From: Epiperipatus broadwayi | Lineage: Eukaryota > Animalia > Onychophora | DNA: 64,000 bases | Reading direction: 5' to 3' | Assembly: GCA_028023455.1 (NCBI GenBank) | Contig: JAQFVV010000002.1 | Span: 8,246,001 to 8,310,000 of the forward strand | Shown: piece by piece, positions 51,974 through 64,000 of the stretch | Position numbering within the stretch: the first letter of the stretch is position 1 | How the letters are laid out: each line of letters starts with the position of its first letter | Notes under the pieces: model-generated | Database searches by the model: none | The model's input: the letters and a program-made list of their open reading frames with translations, nothing else | What the model was told of the DNA's origin: nothing | Program-made: the position numbers and the translations under genes

Positions 51974-52271
51974 AATAAACTAATGATCAGCTTTTCAAGC
52001 TAATGCACATGTGCTTTATGAATCTTAATAATAAATGAATACTACTCACTTCCAACACAAGATAAAGTCTTTGTGAAAGAATAGAATGAATCCACCTATT
52101 CTTTCAACCCAAATTTGCCCATAGTTAAGCATTTGGGTTGAAAGAATAGGTGGATTCATTCTATTCTTTCACAAAGACTTTATCTTCTGTTGGAAGTGAG
52201 TAGTATTCATTTATTATTAAGATTCATAAAGCGCATGTGCATTAGCTTGAAAAGCTGATCATTAGTTTATT
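51974..52271. repeat. Near-perfect palindrome: 141-bp arms, 16-nt loop, 2 mismatches
   Basis: 51974-52114 is the reverse complement of 52131-52271 except two positions. Loop TTGCCCATAGTTAAGC. No flanking TSD seen. Confidence 0.97.
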
Positions 52272-54899
52272 GTCAAATAATTATCTAAAATTTCAAAAAA
52301 ATCATTTGTAGTTTTTGAATTACTTAAATGATCAATTCAACAATTTTCAAACCAATCAGGTTTATATATCATTGTTTTTTTCTTAAAACTTGTCTTTATT
52401 TTTAATAATGAATATCAGTAATTTTTACATTTACAGTTTAGTAAATCATTCATGAACTTTTCGATTAAATAAAATTTATACTCGCTTTGATAAACTGTAA
52501 AATATTCTTGTAATCATTGGTTTCATCACCCTTGATATTTAAACAAATAAAATACTTTTAATTTCATTACGATTTTAATTAAAAACATTTCCAACAAAAA
52601 ATATTAAATCATTTTATGTGATCAGAGAATGTCAAAAATATACTTGCAAAGTCTAATTTGCAAGATAATAGCTCTTCATAATTATTTAGCAAATGCAAAA
52701 TACCAACATAAATGTCTCTGTTACAAAAATGATAATCTTTATGACTATGGACATCAAATATTTTTAAAATTTTTAAAATCTTTCTTCATTACAAACCAAA
52801 ATATTTAAAGCAGTTTGTATACCTATAGAACAATCAATAAATCAACCATTTTAAATAAAATCACTGGTGGTAGATGATTTAACAATGCTTTGTGTCTTAT
52901 TAAAGTTTTAAGCATTATTTGAATCATTTAAAATCAGCTAAGTTCCATGTGTTTTTGTCATTATAAAATAAGTAAGATATGGCCAACAAAATAATTTATA
53001 TTCTATTAATCCAAAAAAAAACAGCAGTCAGCAATTTATATACTGTTAATTAGGAGAAAATATAACTAGAACTGAAATGTTGAAAATAAATTAATTTTCA
53101 TATTTAAATTTGTTACTTCAGATTTTGATCTTCCTGTCTTTATTATTTTTTCTTTATCAATAAAACTCAAAAATCAAAAAGATGTTGTCAATAAAGAATC
53201 AATTATGAAACATTCATCAATAGATTTACTCATTTCAAAATTGCAATTCTGAATTAAAATATTGCAGAAATATATTCAACTATGAAGGAAAGAAATAATT
53301 TAAATATTACTCTTATCATACAGATATAAAAATTTGTTTTGGAAGGCTCCTATGCTTGTTAAGCCAGGAGCGTATGATTCTTATGCACATGTGGAAATCC
53401 ATCACTGAATGCTAAAGATGTACAACATAATGATTTTACTGTTCCAAAACTTTTGTTTTACAACAGTATCTTAATAAAGCAATTGGAATAAATTAAATAA
53501 AAATTATTTAAGTTATTTGGATCTTACAAATGATTCAGAATTGCAAAATTACCACAAAAGCTATTAAATGAAAGGAATAATTACTAAAATAGTGTTAATA
53601 GCTTTCAAATAAAAAGGAAAAAAGACAACTGAATTGGAAGAAATTAACAATTATAAATACCAATTACACTACACATTAAAATATAATAGATGAAATTTAA
53701 TCAGAGTTAAACAAAGACAGAGTGCTTACATAGAAATAATATTAAAGGAAAGTATATTTATATATCCTTAAGAACTTCAAGATGTTGTCAATCCAAAAAG
53801 TTCATTGTCCATGGAGAGAATATTTTCATTAAATAAACATTTCTTAATAATTCTCTACTCACAAACACAAATAACAAGTACATCTCTATCAGTAAAGAAG
53901 ATCAGTTCTTGGGATCAAAAGTAAATGCTCAACATGTAACATTGATTCACTTTAAAAATCGCTTTAAACCTCAAAACAAAATGACTCTTGAATCCACAAG
54001 CCTGTGCTGGAAAAATCACTGACACAAAATTTAAAAATATGGAAATTTTTTTTATAAACTGTAGCAAATTAAAACTGAAAAAATATTTTATTTTTTGAAA
54101 GCACAAAGAATAATATTATAACTGATAAAATTCCTTCATTTCAATTACTTTGACAATACTTCTGGTAACTGCAGGTGATAATTTCTTTTAATTTTCAAAT
54201 ATTTTAACAGAATAGCATACACTCTCAAAAAAAAAAAAAATAGTAGTAATAGCATATAACTTGCATACTGTTTTTTTAAAAAGCTAGGCATTAATATAAA
54301 TATAGATATCAAAGCTAGATAAATACTGAAGTTGAATACTATATATCCCAGCTCAAATTAGGAATTGTACCAACAGCAAACATAAAATGAAACAAATCTT
54401 TATCCCAGATGAGGGTATTGCATATATATATATAATAAAAATTATAATGGTCACCCATACTAAACAATTTAATTTTTTACTCCAGATCCAAAATATATAA
54501 TAAATGTTTAATAACCGATTTAAAAAAAAAAAAATGCACAAAGCTAGAAGTAATTAATAAATTACTAAATACAGGATATGTTTTAATTGTGATTTTTTTT
54601 TCTTTAAATAATAATTTTATGTTAAACAACTAGTACTTTAAGCTTCTGATTTCAATAATAAGCAGTTAGAAAAAAAAAATTAAAATGAAAAATCAAACAA
54701 TTTTCAAATTACTTTGTCATAGGCATTTCTAGTATCATATTCATTTAATCAAACATGTTCTCAGTGAAAGCATGGCACATGGATTTCTTTACTTTGTGTT
54801 AAAAAAAACCCATTTATATAAGTATATAATTGATTTTGTTATTTTAAAAAAATCATGCTTAAGTTGCCCAATTATTCAATAACAACAAATTATCCTTTA

Positions 54900-55750
54900 T
54901 GAAATTTTTAAAATGAAAAACTTGTGGTTATACTTCCACCCACAACAAATACAAGTATTTAGTAAAAAGTGAAATGGCATTAATTTTATATTTAGAAAAT
55001 ATGTAAAAAAAAAAAAAAAAATGCTGTGGTAAACAGTAATACTGTGAATTTTCTGAAAAGAGTGACACTAGGCCATTTACAAAAAATAATGGATAGATGT
55101 AAATGTTTAAAAAAAAGTATCAAAACTACAGAAAGGTTATGTTTGTTAATAATGAAATTATGACCACATTCCTGAACAAATTGAAAAATTAAAAAAAAAA
55201 AAAAGATACTTTCATGAGCAAGTGATTAATTGTGATAAAACTCAGTTATTCTGAATAAAAAAAAAAAAAATCCCAAATAAAATTTTCATTCCCAAAAGTT
55301 AAAACAGAAAAAAAGCTTTAAGGGCTGATTATGCTATATAGCAATGCTGCTTCTACTAACACAATAAAAACTCTTATTACTAGTGTTCTATTTAACGTTT
55401 CTATGTTCGTTTTATCACCAAAATTAAATATCTGAAAAAGAAAAAAATTTGAATTCAAAGTACCACTTATACAAGACATTTAGCAAGGTCATCATGAATA
55501 TTCTAGAAAGGTGAAAGGATCACTACCTGTATATCCAAATACTATCTCACTGCTGCAATCCCTGGGATCAGATTTTAAGAACTTGATGCTGACCATAATG
55601 TTCAAATAAGAGAATTTTAAAAAACATTCAGAATTGTAGAAAGAATGATAATATTTATAAAAGCATTAATGAATGAATAAAACTAGGAATGAAATAGTGA
55701 ATGAGTAACCTCCACAAAATTGATTAAGTTTTTTTGTAAAAAAAAAAAAT
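54900..55750 (+). pseudogene. pogo/Tigger DDD transposase relic
   Basis: Degenerate motifs in the expected order: FTKNNG*M (F.AS.GW), EQVINCDKTQLF*IKK..PNKIFI (Q.FN.DETGLFWK.MP), SNAA, YPNTISLLQSLG (PPNTTS.IQP.D). Confidence 0.75.
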
Positions 55751-56581
55751 TCATCAGGTAATATGAGAAATTGAAGGATTTGTCCTAATGATTATGCAAA
55801 AGATTAAAGAACATATTGAAGACTATAAAAACATTTAAATAGATGAAGAGTGACAAGAACTTATTTATTCATTAGCAAATGAAGAGGGGGGGGGTAGAAC
55901 AATTAAAATGGACATTACAAAATGTTCGCGAAGTGTTTGAGATTACACAGAATCTAAAAAATGAAATTATGTAATATAATACTTGGATGAAACACAGGCA
56001 TTGATTACAATACACTTTAGGATAATTTTGACAAATTAAAACAGGATACAATAACTTCTTATCAGGAACAGTCTTCAAAGTGTCAGCAAAGTCTATGTTG
56101 CAGGCACTATGTAATGGAAACTTTTTTTTAATGATTCTTTTGTAATGAGATTGTAATAATTATTTAATTAATTTTTGAACTATAGTGGAACAGTGATAGA
56201 CTATTTTGTAGTAAGCCCACTTGTGTACATTATATATCATGTACTTTGATTAGAATAGAATACATATCGTTTATTGAACTACAAGTGTATAATACTTTTC
56301 AAAATGCACACATATATATAATACATGATTATATATAAATAGTTACATATATATATAAATTAATAGTACTATAAATAAAATGTCCGTTAATTAAAACAAA
56401 ATTGTAATTATAATAAAAATAATAAATTTAACAGTAATAAACTATTAAAAACAGTCTAATAGTACATATATATATATATAAATTAAGTTTAGTATAAACA
56501 AAATGCTCAAACAGTAATAATATACTTAATAATAATAATAAATTGAGGGGAAACATTGTTGACATATTTTACTGGGTGCAT

Positions 56582-56628
56582 GTTCATTCATTCATTCATT
56601 CATTCGTTCGTTCGTTCATTGATTCACT
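56582..56628. repeat. (TTCA)n/(TTCG)n microsatellite
   Basis: GTTCATTCATTCATTCATTCATTCGTTCGTTCGTTCATTGATTCA read directly. Confidence 0.9.
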
Positions 56629-59019
56629 GAAAAAATAAGAACATGGAGGGAGAGGGGATATATTGTATCATATTTTAATTTTTTAAATAAAAATAATGAA
56701 ATGTCCGATTTTCATTATAATTAAATACATTCTAGGTGAATTTTTTTTTTTTTTAACGATAACTTTTTCTCTTATAGAAACAATAATAAACTCAATATAA
56801 AGAAACTATGATCTCCCTAATCGTTTTATTTTTTTAATTCAATATGAAATATGCTCTTAAATTTTGTCAAGCTTTTAGCATTATGTTTAAAAATCTTTTC
56901 TTACATGAAATACTACCCATCAAATTCATTAAAGGAAGAATAAAATGTAAGTACTTTCAACATAAATCAAAAACTTTTTATTAACAAATATGATTTTATA
57001 TGGTGCTCCAAAACAAAAAACAAGTGCTGGCTTTTTATAAAATTTACTTACAAATTCTAATTTTTTAAAAAAAAACATTATTGCAGATGTCATTTAGAGA
57101 TGGAAAAATGATTGATCATGTATCATAAAATGTTACGAATTTTAATGGTTTAGTTTTTGTTTGCACACTTACATTTTTTTTTTTTTTGGATAACATATAA
57201 TACAAGTCTTGTACAGTGATATAGTGCAGTTCGCAGTTTCACTGTAGTATATTTTCTTTTTTGAATTTTTTACTAAATATATTTTTGAAATAAAGATTAT
57301 ATTAAATAAAGATTTTTATTCAGTTATACGTTATTTGATTAACCTTGATGAGAAGGGGGGGGGTATATTATATGTGTAAGTAGGTGCTAAAGTTTTTAGA
57401 GCCAGCTCTATTAAAAAAAATTGCAATATTAAAGTGTGTCAGCATCCCATCAATTTCATCTGCTTCAAAATATTCCAAATATTTACCTAGATTACATCAC
57501 ACAGTACTTTAATTTCATTTGAAATAAATGATACTTCCGATATATTATCAGAAGAAAAATGAAAATTTATTTTGAAAATTAGTAATTGAGTGAGCACATT
57601 CCAGTATAGATATATATGTACTCACATAGATTTAAATGCCATAAACCTATGTAAATGTATTCGCTTACCAAAAAAATATTTGTAAAAATTTTCTTTGCAC
57701 TTTACTTTTGTTGATGACTTAATATTTAATTTTTAAATAAATTATATTCATAAATAAGTATATGTTAAAAACATCTATACTGTATCTTTTTCAATAACTA
57801 TCAATTTACTAAAAGATCTTCATCACTATAATAATATTCATCTTTATAATGGTCTCTTAGACATTCTTTACAATTTCTGGATGTCTAGCCCAACTATACT
57901 TTAGTCTCATTTCTATTATGCCAGTGGTGCCGGGTCTGATTTTTATTTCTCCTTTTTATTTACAATATGTATACATATTTCACTGTGTGATTTTAAGTTT
58001 TTGTTTTGCCCTTTTAAGTGTCAGATTCTTAAGTAATTCCCTTCAATATTAAAGTTACTTCTACTAAAAGCACTTTATACAAGTTTAATTCTATCATTAA
58101 TTTTTTGTTGTTGTTTTGATCTATATGGATAATCTGAATGGAGTATTTAATACTTGAAATTAATTTATCATTAACTTTATTTTCTCATTTTTGAAAAGCC
58201 ATTTAATATTACATATCTTGCTTTCAACTCATAATTTTTCTAACAACAGTTCCTGAAGCTATGAATCATTATTGTGAAAATATAATAATTTGCAAAATCT
58301 AATAATCTTTACTTATTGTTTAGTCCTTTATATTTAACATTTAATCAAAAAATAAAATCATCCTGTCATATATTTTTATCAAAGTTAATCTTCATATTAA
58401 CATAGTCTAATCATTTGGCACATTTTCACATACATTATTAAGATTTTGATATTACATTCTGATATTACAAAGCTTTAATTGATGCCAAAATGCTTGGATA
58501 ATTAAATGCTTTTCAGAATTGACAAATTCAATGCAAAATGATAATCCTATACTTATTTTAGTCTCTCTTAATATTTATGATAAATCAGCTCTTTTCTTTT
58601 GCAGACAAGTTATGTTTTAATAAAGGTCCGGCAGCCTCAGCCAACTTAAGAGGCTTCTTTCTACAATAAAATTCAGAAGAGTGCTCGTGGCGGTCTCAGC
58701 CAACCTAACAGTCTGCTTTCTACAATAAAAGATAGAAAAAGTCCCCACCGTTCCTGGCCTTTTTTCTATGCTAAAAGCACAGACAAATGCCTTTATTGGC
58801 TGCTGTAGTTGGATGTGTTATTAACTTTATCGTAATGCTAGAATATCTATTTTCTCTATACTTTGGTGTGAGAGTGTGTGGATTTGAGCCTGTCGTAATT
58901 ATTTAAAATTTCATTACAAAGATATATTTTTTAAGTGCTCTAACCTACTGTTACATAGTAACTTTATTAACAATGTCCTGAAGATTCCATTATGAATGGA
59001 TAACCCTCAAAAATCGCTT

Positions 59020-60200
59020 TTAAGGGTGCGCAGTATTTTGAGGATCACGCGAAAAGTAACCTTTCCGCGAGAATTCGTCCGTGACAACTTACTTTTTATA
59101 TATACACGCACAAACAAAAACAACCAACTGTCTGATTATTAGTAATTTCTTGTCCAAAAAAAAAAATTAGTCGGGTATTATTTTTTTTACATTTACTATT
59201 TAAATAAGATTAGTTTTTATATCTACACACTAACAAAAACAACCCAGTTTCTGATTAATTACTGTCCAAAAATAAAGAAAGCAAATTAGTCGGGGTTTGA
59301 TTTTTAAATGTAGTATTTGAATTACAGTATACTTTTTATATATACACAATATTTAAAAAAAAAAAAACACTTTCTGATTAATTACTGTCTAAAAGAAACG
59401 CAAGCTATCATTTTTAAATTTAGTATAAAAACCCACTTTCTGATTCATTACTATCCAAAAAAAAAAAGAAAGCAAATTAGTCGGGTATCAATTAAGTCTT
59501 TCAATGATGGTCCTTTTTAGATATATACACTAACAAAAAGAACCCACTTTCTGATTAATTACTGTCGTCCCCCCCCAAAAAAAAGCAAATTAATTGGGTA
59601 TCATTTTAAAATTGTACTGTGAATTTTTTAAATGTTGTGGATAAATTGAATAATGTAGAATTGCGTATTATTTTCGATTGAAAAAAGACCATAACTTTTT
59701 ATATATACACACACAAAGAAAATAAAACCCACTTTCTGATTAATTACTGTCAATACCCAAAAAAAAGTTGTTAGCGGGTATCATTTTTAAATTCAGTATT
59801 TAAATAATATTACGGCTTTTGATATCTATACACTAACAAAAACAATCCACTTTCTGATTCATTACTGTCCAAAAAAAAAAAAAAAAGCAACCTCGTTGGG
59901 TATCATTTTGAAATGTAGTATTTAAAGAATGGTACTTTTTATATATACACACTAACAAAAAGAATCCACTTTCTGATTAATTTCTGTTCAAAAAATAAAA
60001 AAGCAAATTAGTCAAGTATCATTTGTAATTTTAGCGTGAATGTAGTAATTTTGTGTAAATTGAAAAAAAATTCATAATTGCGTCTTATTTTCGATTAAAA
60101 AAAATCCCGTAACTTTACAGATACACACAAATAAAAACAACCCATTTTATGATTAATTAATGTCAAAGAAACGTCAATTATTCGGGTATCATTTTTAAAC
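59020..60200 (+). repeat. Tandem array of about 9 units of about 120 bp with higher-order structure, behind a possible TIR end
   Basis: Unit TTTTTATATATACACACTAACAAAAA.AACCCACTTTCTGATTAATTACTGTCC...GCAAATTAGTCGGGTATCATTTT at about 59092, 59215, 59334, 59416, 59515, 59696, 59817, 59936 and 60113. Preceded by TAA|GGGTGCGCAGT near 59022 with no partner end found. Confidence 0.85.
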
Positions 60201-60399
60201 TTTTTTTTTTTTTTAAAAAAAAATAGTAATATTATTTACTATTAGTTCCTCTAATTTCCTATTACAAAAACGAAAAAAGCCAATATTTATATAGATAGAA
60301 CTACAGGCCCGGAATCGTAATATGTATGGGTTTTTGATTAGCATCAACGTCATCAAATGGCTGGCACGAGGGAGTAAAAAACAATCATAATTTCTTATC

Positions 60400-60720
60400 T
60401 TTTTTTTCTTTATAAATATCAATATTCTTCCATTTATGTAGTATATTGTATTGGAAAAATTGCCATTTATATGACAATTCTTAATAAAGAATATCAGTTA
60501 TAAATCACCAGTTCTGCAATTTATTCTTCCATCTTTTTTATTTATAATAAATCCCATTCTGTTTGTGCCTATATATTTTTTAGCCTTTCACGAAAGTATA
60601 TGACCATTTTTCAAATCAAATATTTCTTCACCCTTTGTTTTATTTTCACATAATATCCAGTTTCACATTAGTCTATTTTCCAATTTACATACAAAAATAA
60701 CTTTTATAAGCAGCTAATAA
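60400..60720 (-). pseudogene. Old RTE-like endonuclease fragment
   Basis: Minus-strand reading KGEEIFDLKNGHILS*K...IGTNRMGFIINKK resembles RTE APE motifs (GE...L.NGH.L.Y...G..GVGF.V.K). Confidence 0.45.
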
Positions 60721-62585
60721 AAGATCATTATAAATGGCGTTCTATGTCTGTTATCAGAAAAGGAAGATAAGTTATTTTCGTTTTTTACGATTATAAAGAG
60801 ATTCAGTATTCATTCACACAATAATCCATCCACTGACACATATCAGGCAACAGAAGAAAGACCAAAATACTATCTTATTTAAAGTCAAAAGTTAAAAATT
60901 CATAAACTCATCACATTGGATGATAGCAAGTTCATTTATCAATCAATGTTCGTTTATTATGCGATTAATACTATAGTAATAATCTCAACAAAAATAAGAA
61001 TATACAGAGTTCTTATTCTGATTGGATCCTATAAATCTCACGAGGAATCAAAGCATCTCTTTACTTAATACCAAATTCCTTATGAGAATGTTAAAAAATA
61101 CATTACATAACAATCATACTATATGCAAATTTCAGTATCAATGCAAGAAGCAAATGAATAGATGTATAAAATTCCTATCAAAAAAAAAAAAAAAAAATTG
61201 AATAAAAACTACATTAGATATTGTTTCAATCTACTATTATAATAGTTTTATAATTAATAATAGAATTCAAAAATATGCTTTTTGATTTACCTGATGATCA
61301 ATAGTTTCTTCCATCTCAGGGCATAATTATTGTTTGGTTATTTTTGTTGTTACTATCTATCACTTATATACAATTTTAACTCTAAATTAGCAAAATAATT
61401 GAAAATTCTCTTATTGCTATATCCACAATCACTACTATCATTTCTATACTTTTGCACTATCAAATGGATCTTTATTCATTTATTGATTATTATTATTGAT
61501 TTACATATTGTAAATCCTATGTTACAAAATTTTTCTGTTTAATTCTCGTATATTTATGTACTCTCACCTTCTTTGCTCATAAATGTATCCTCATCAATTT
61601 CCAAATTAACACTAGCATCCTTCCACTCTAATATAAAAAAACAAAATGATGGCAGCATTATATATAGTTGTCATAATATCATTAAACGAAAGAAAAAAAA
61701 ATCAGATAACTAAAATATAGTTTATTCTATTTGTGCAAAAACTGTTAACAAATTTCAGACAAAAATATTTTTTTTTCCAAAAAAAAAAGTGTTTCAAGCA
61801 AATATCTGATGAAATATTCTTGAAAAGCTAAGTATGCAACTGTATTAACTTTCTTATACAGTGCAGATAAATATTAAAAAAAAAAAGAAAGAAATCTAGG
61901 AATTTTAATTTTGGAAATTCTAAAATTTAGCTACATTATGCAAACAATAACAATAAATATGAATTATTTTATAAAATTATTAATTAAATACAAAATTCTA
62001 TTAGATAAATGTCTAGCAGTTTTTTGATATCAAGCAGATCTGGGGGTTTCCCCCACAAAATTGAAAATTATAAGTTTGTATTGGTAGGGATCGTAGGGGT
62101 AAATATGGAGACATGGAAAATCATCATGATACCCCCATCAAATAAATAATCAATGAGCAACTATAAAAGGAATATAAAATAAAGGAGTATAAAAAAAGCA
62201 TATGAGAGTCAGCATGGACTAAAAATATAGTTATACTAATAAGTTATAAAATACAAGGTACCCAGCATTAAACAAAAATACTCAACTCAATAAGTCAAGT
62301 CAACCTTTGTGACTTGATTTAACATTATAAATTGTGCCAAACATAGGGCATAATATACAATAATTATTTGGATGCACATACATACATACACTCATAAACG
62401 AATAATGCTAGGATAGTGATACATGCTGATCATCATCAATGCTCTGGTCACATGTTACCATTAGTATACAGACCAATTATAACTTAATTTCTAATACATA
62501 AACAAAAGGCAGTGAACAGAATTTAAAGATGATACTTTAGCACCATCCAAATCATCTAAATGTCCAAACATAATTAATAACTCGT

Positions 62586-64000
62586 ACATCGATTAGTAAG
62601 GTGTAAGTTACGTGTTAATGTAAAATTAGAAAGACAAAAATTATTGAGAAAAACAATATTTACAGTTGATATTCCTAATCTTCAGAAACATTCTAATGAA
62701 TTTAAATTAGAATTTACAAATAGGTTTCAAGTGTTAGGAGATTTTGAACATGATTCAGATTTGAATGAAATTAATATGAAAATAACTGATACACTTTTAA
62801 AAACTGCAACAAAGATAGCTGGTAGAAAAAAGCAGCAATTGACTAATAAAATTTCTACTGAGACTAGAGAATTTATGAAGAAAAGAAGGAATATGAAGAT
62901 ATACAAAAATGATGTATTAAAAAGAATTGAATATCTCGAATTTTGTAAAATGGTACGGGAAAAGAGTTGAAAATGATATAAGAAAGTATAACTGTGAAAT
63001 AGCAAGGAAAGCTGTAGAAGAAAATAAAAGTCTCAAGAATGTTAAACAACATTTTGGTATTGGTAGGAAATTTATATCTGCAATAAGAAAAAAAGATGGA
63101 ATTATTACTAAAAAGAGAGATGACATCATGAAATTGGTAGAATATTTTTATCAAGAATTATATAGTAATAAAGAACAAGTACCTCCTATATCTATTACAT
63201 CTTCCGAATTGCCCAGAATTTTAAATGAAGAAGTGAGACATGCAATTGAATGTATGAAGAAAGGAAAGGCTCCAGGAAATGATGGAATTATAATTGATAT
63301 ATTAAAAGAAGCAGGTGAAGAAATAGAAACAATTTTAGCAAAGTTATATACCATATGTCTAAATGATAAAGATGTACCGGAAGATTGGAAGAATGCAGTA
63401 ATAATATTAATATTTAAAAAAGGTGATAAAGAAGATATTAGAAATTACAGACCTATCAGCCTTTTATCAGTTTTATATAAAATTTTTACCAAGACAATTA
63501 CAACTCGTCTACAGAGAACTTTGGATTTCCACCAACCAAGAGAACAAGCTGGATTTAAAAGTGGTTTTAGTACAATAGATCATATCCAGGTATTGAGAGA
63601 AGTCATAGAAAGGACAAATGAATATGAGTTGTCATTATGTTTTGGATTTGTAGATTATGAAAAGGCATTCGATTCTATACACATTTCTTCAGTGATTAAA
63701 GCATTGGATCATCAAGGTATAGATCCAGGATATTGTCATTATTTTAAAGAATATTTATAAAAATGCAATAGCAACAATTAGATTACATAATGATACTGGA
63801 AAAATCAACATTGAGAAAGGTGTAAGGCAAGGTGACTCCATATCTCCAAAACTTTTTACAGCAGTGCTGCAAGAAGTATTTTGTGGATTAAAATGGGAAA
63901 CTAAAGGAATGAAAGTAAATGGAGAGTATTTAAGTCATTTAGATTTCGCAGATGATGTAGTTCTTTTTGCAAATAATGCTTCACAGCTGCAGGAAATGTT
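62586..64000 (+). mobile_element. 5'-truncated RTE-clade LINE (end of APE plus RT), 2 frameshifts, continues beyond window
   Basis: HRLVRCKL at about 62587. ORFs 62644-62970 and 62927-63760 contain KAPGNDGI, NYRPISLLSVLYKIFTK, QPREQAGF, FVDYEKAFDS. After a +1 T near 63737 it continues RQGDSISPKLF, with FADD at 63945-63956. Confidence 0.95.

Overview
Very AT-rich eukaryotic DNA, most likely an invertebrate animal genome (inferred from TE repertoire and composition). It is intronic or intergenic and mostly old and nested transposable elements. I found no intact host gene, rRNA, tRNA or CRISPR array. Non-LTR retrotransposons: two RTE-clade copies (10982-11906 with a 12-bp TSD and (GAT)n tail; about 62586-64000, running off the window); a near full-length degenerate L1/Tx1-like element (about 25750-32000); and an esterase-ORF1 LINE (RTEX/CR1-group-like, about 45050-49420) whose second copy at 1-4450 is split by two insertions. 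DNA transposons: tandemly duplicated piggyBac transposase relics, pogo/Tigger relics, and four MITEs from three families with GG...CC ends and 8-bp TSDs (Merlin-like). LTR-like segments with TG...CA ends, several satellites and many long foldbacks are also present. The most unusual structures are: (i) a tandem array of LTR-end plus tRNA-Lys PBS-like units, (ii) both esterase-LINE copies ending against the same TIR-like motif, (iii) an insertion built as an inverted plus tandem permutation of one 372-bp unit, (iv) a 141-bp-arm near-perfect palindrome with no TSD, and (v) a microhomology-bounded inversion inside Tx1 ORF1. All alignments and translations were done by eye; family names come from motifs, not database searches.
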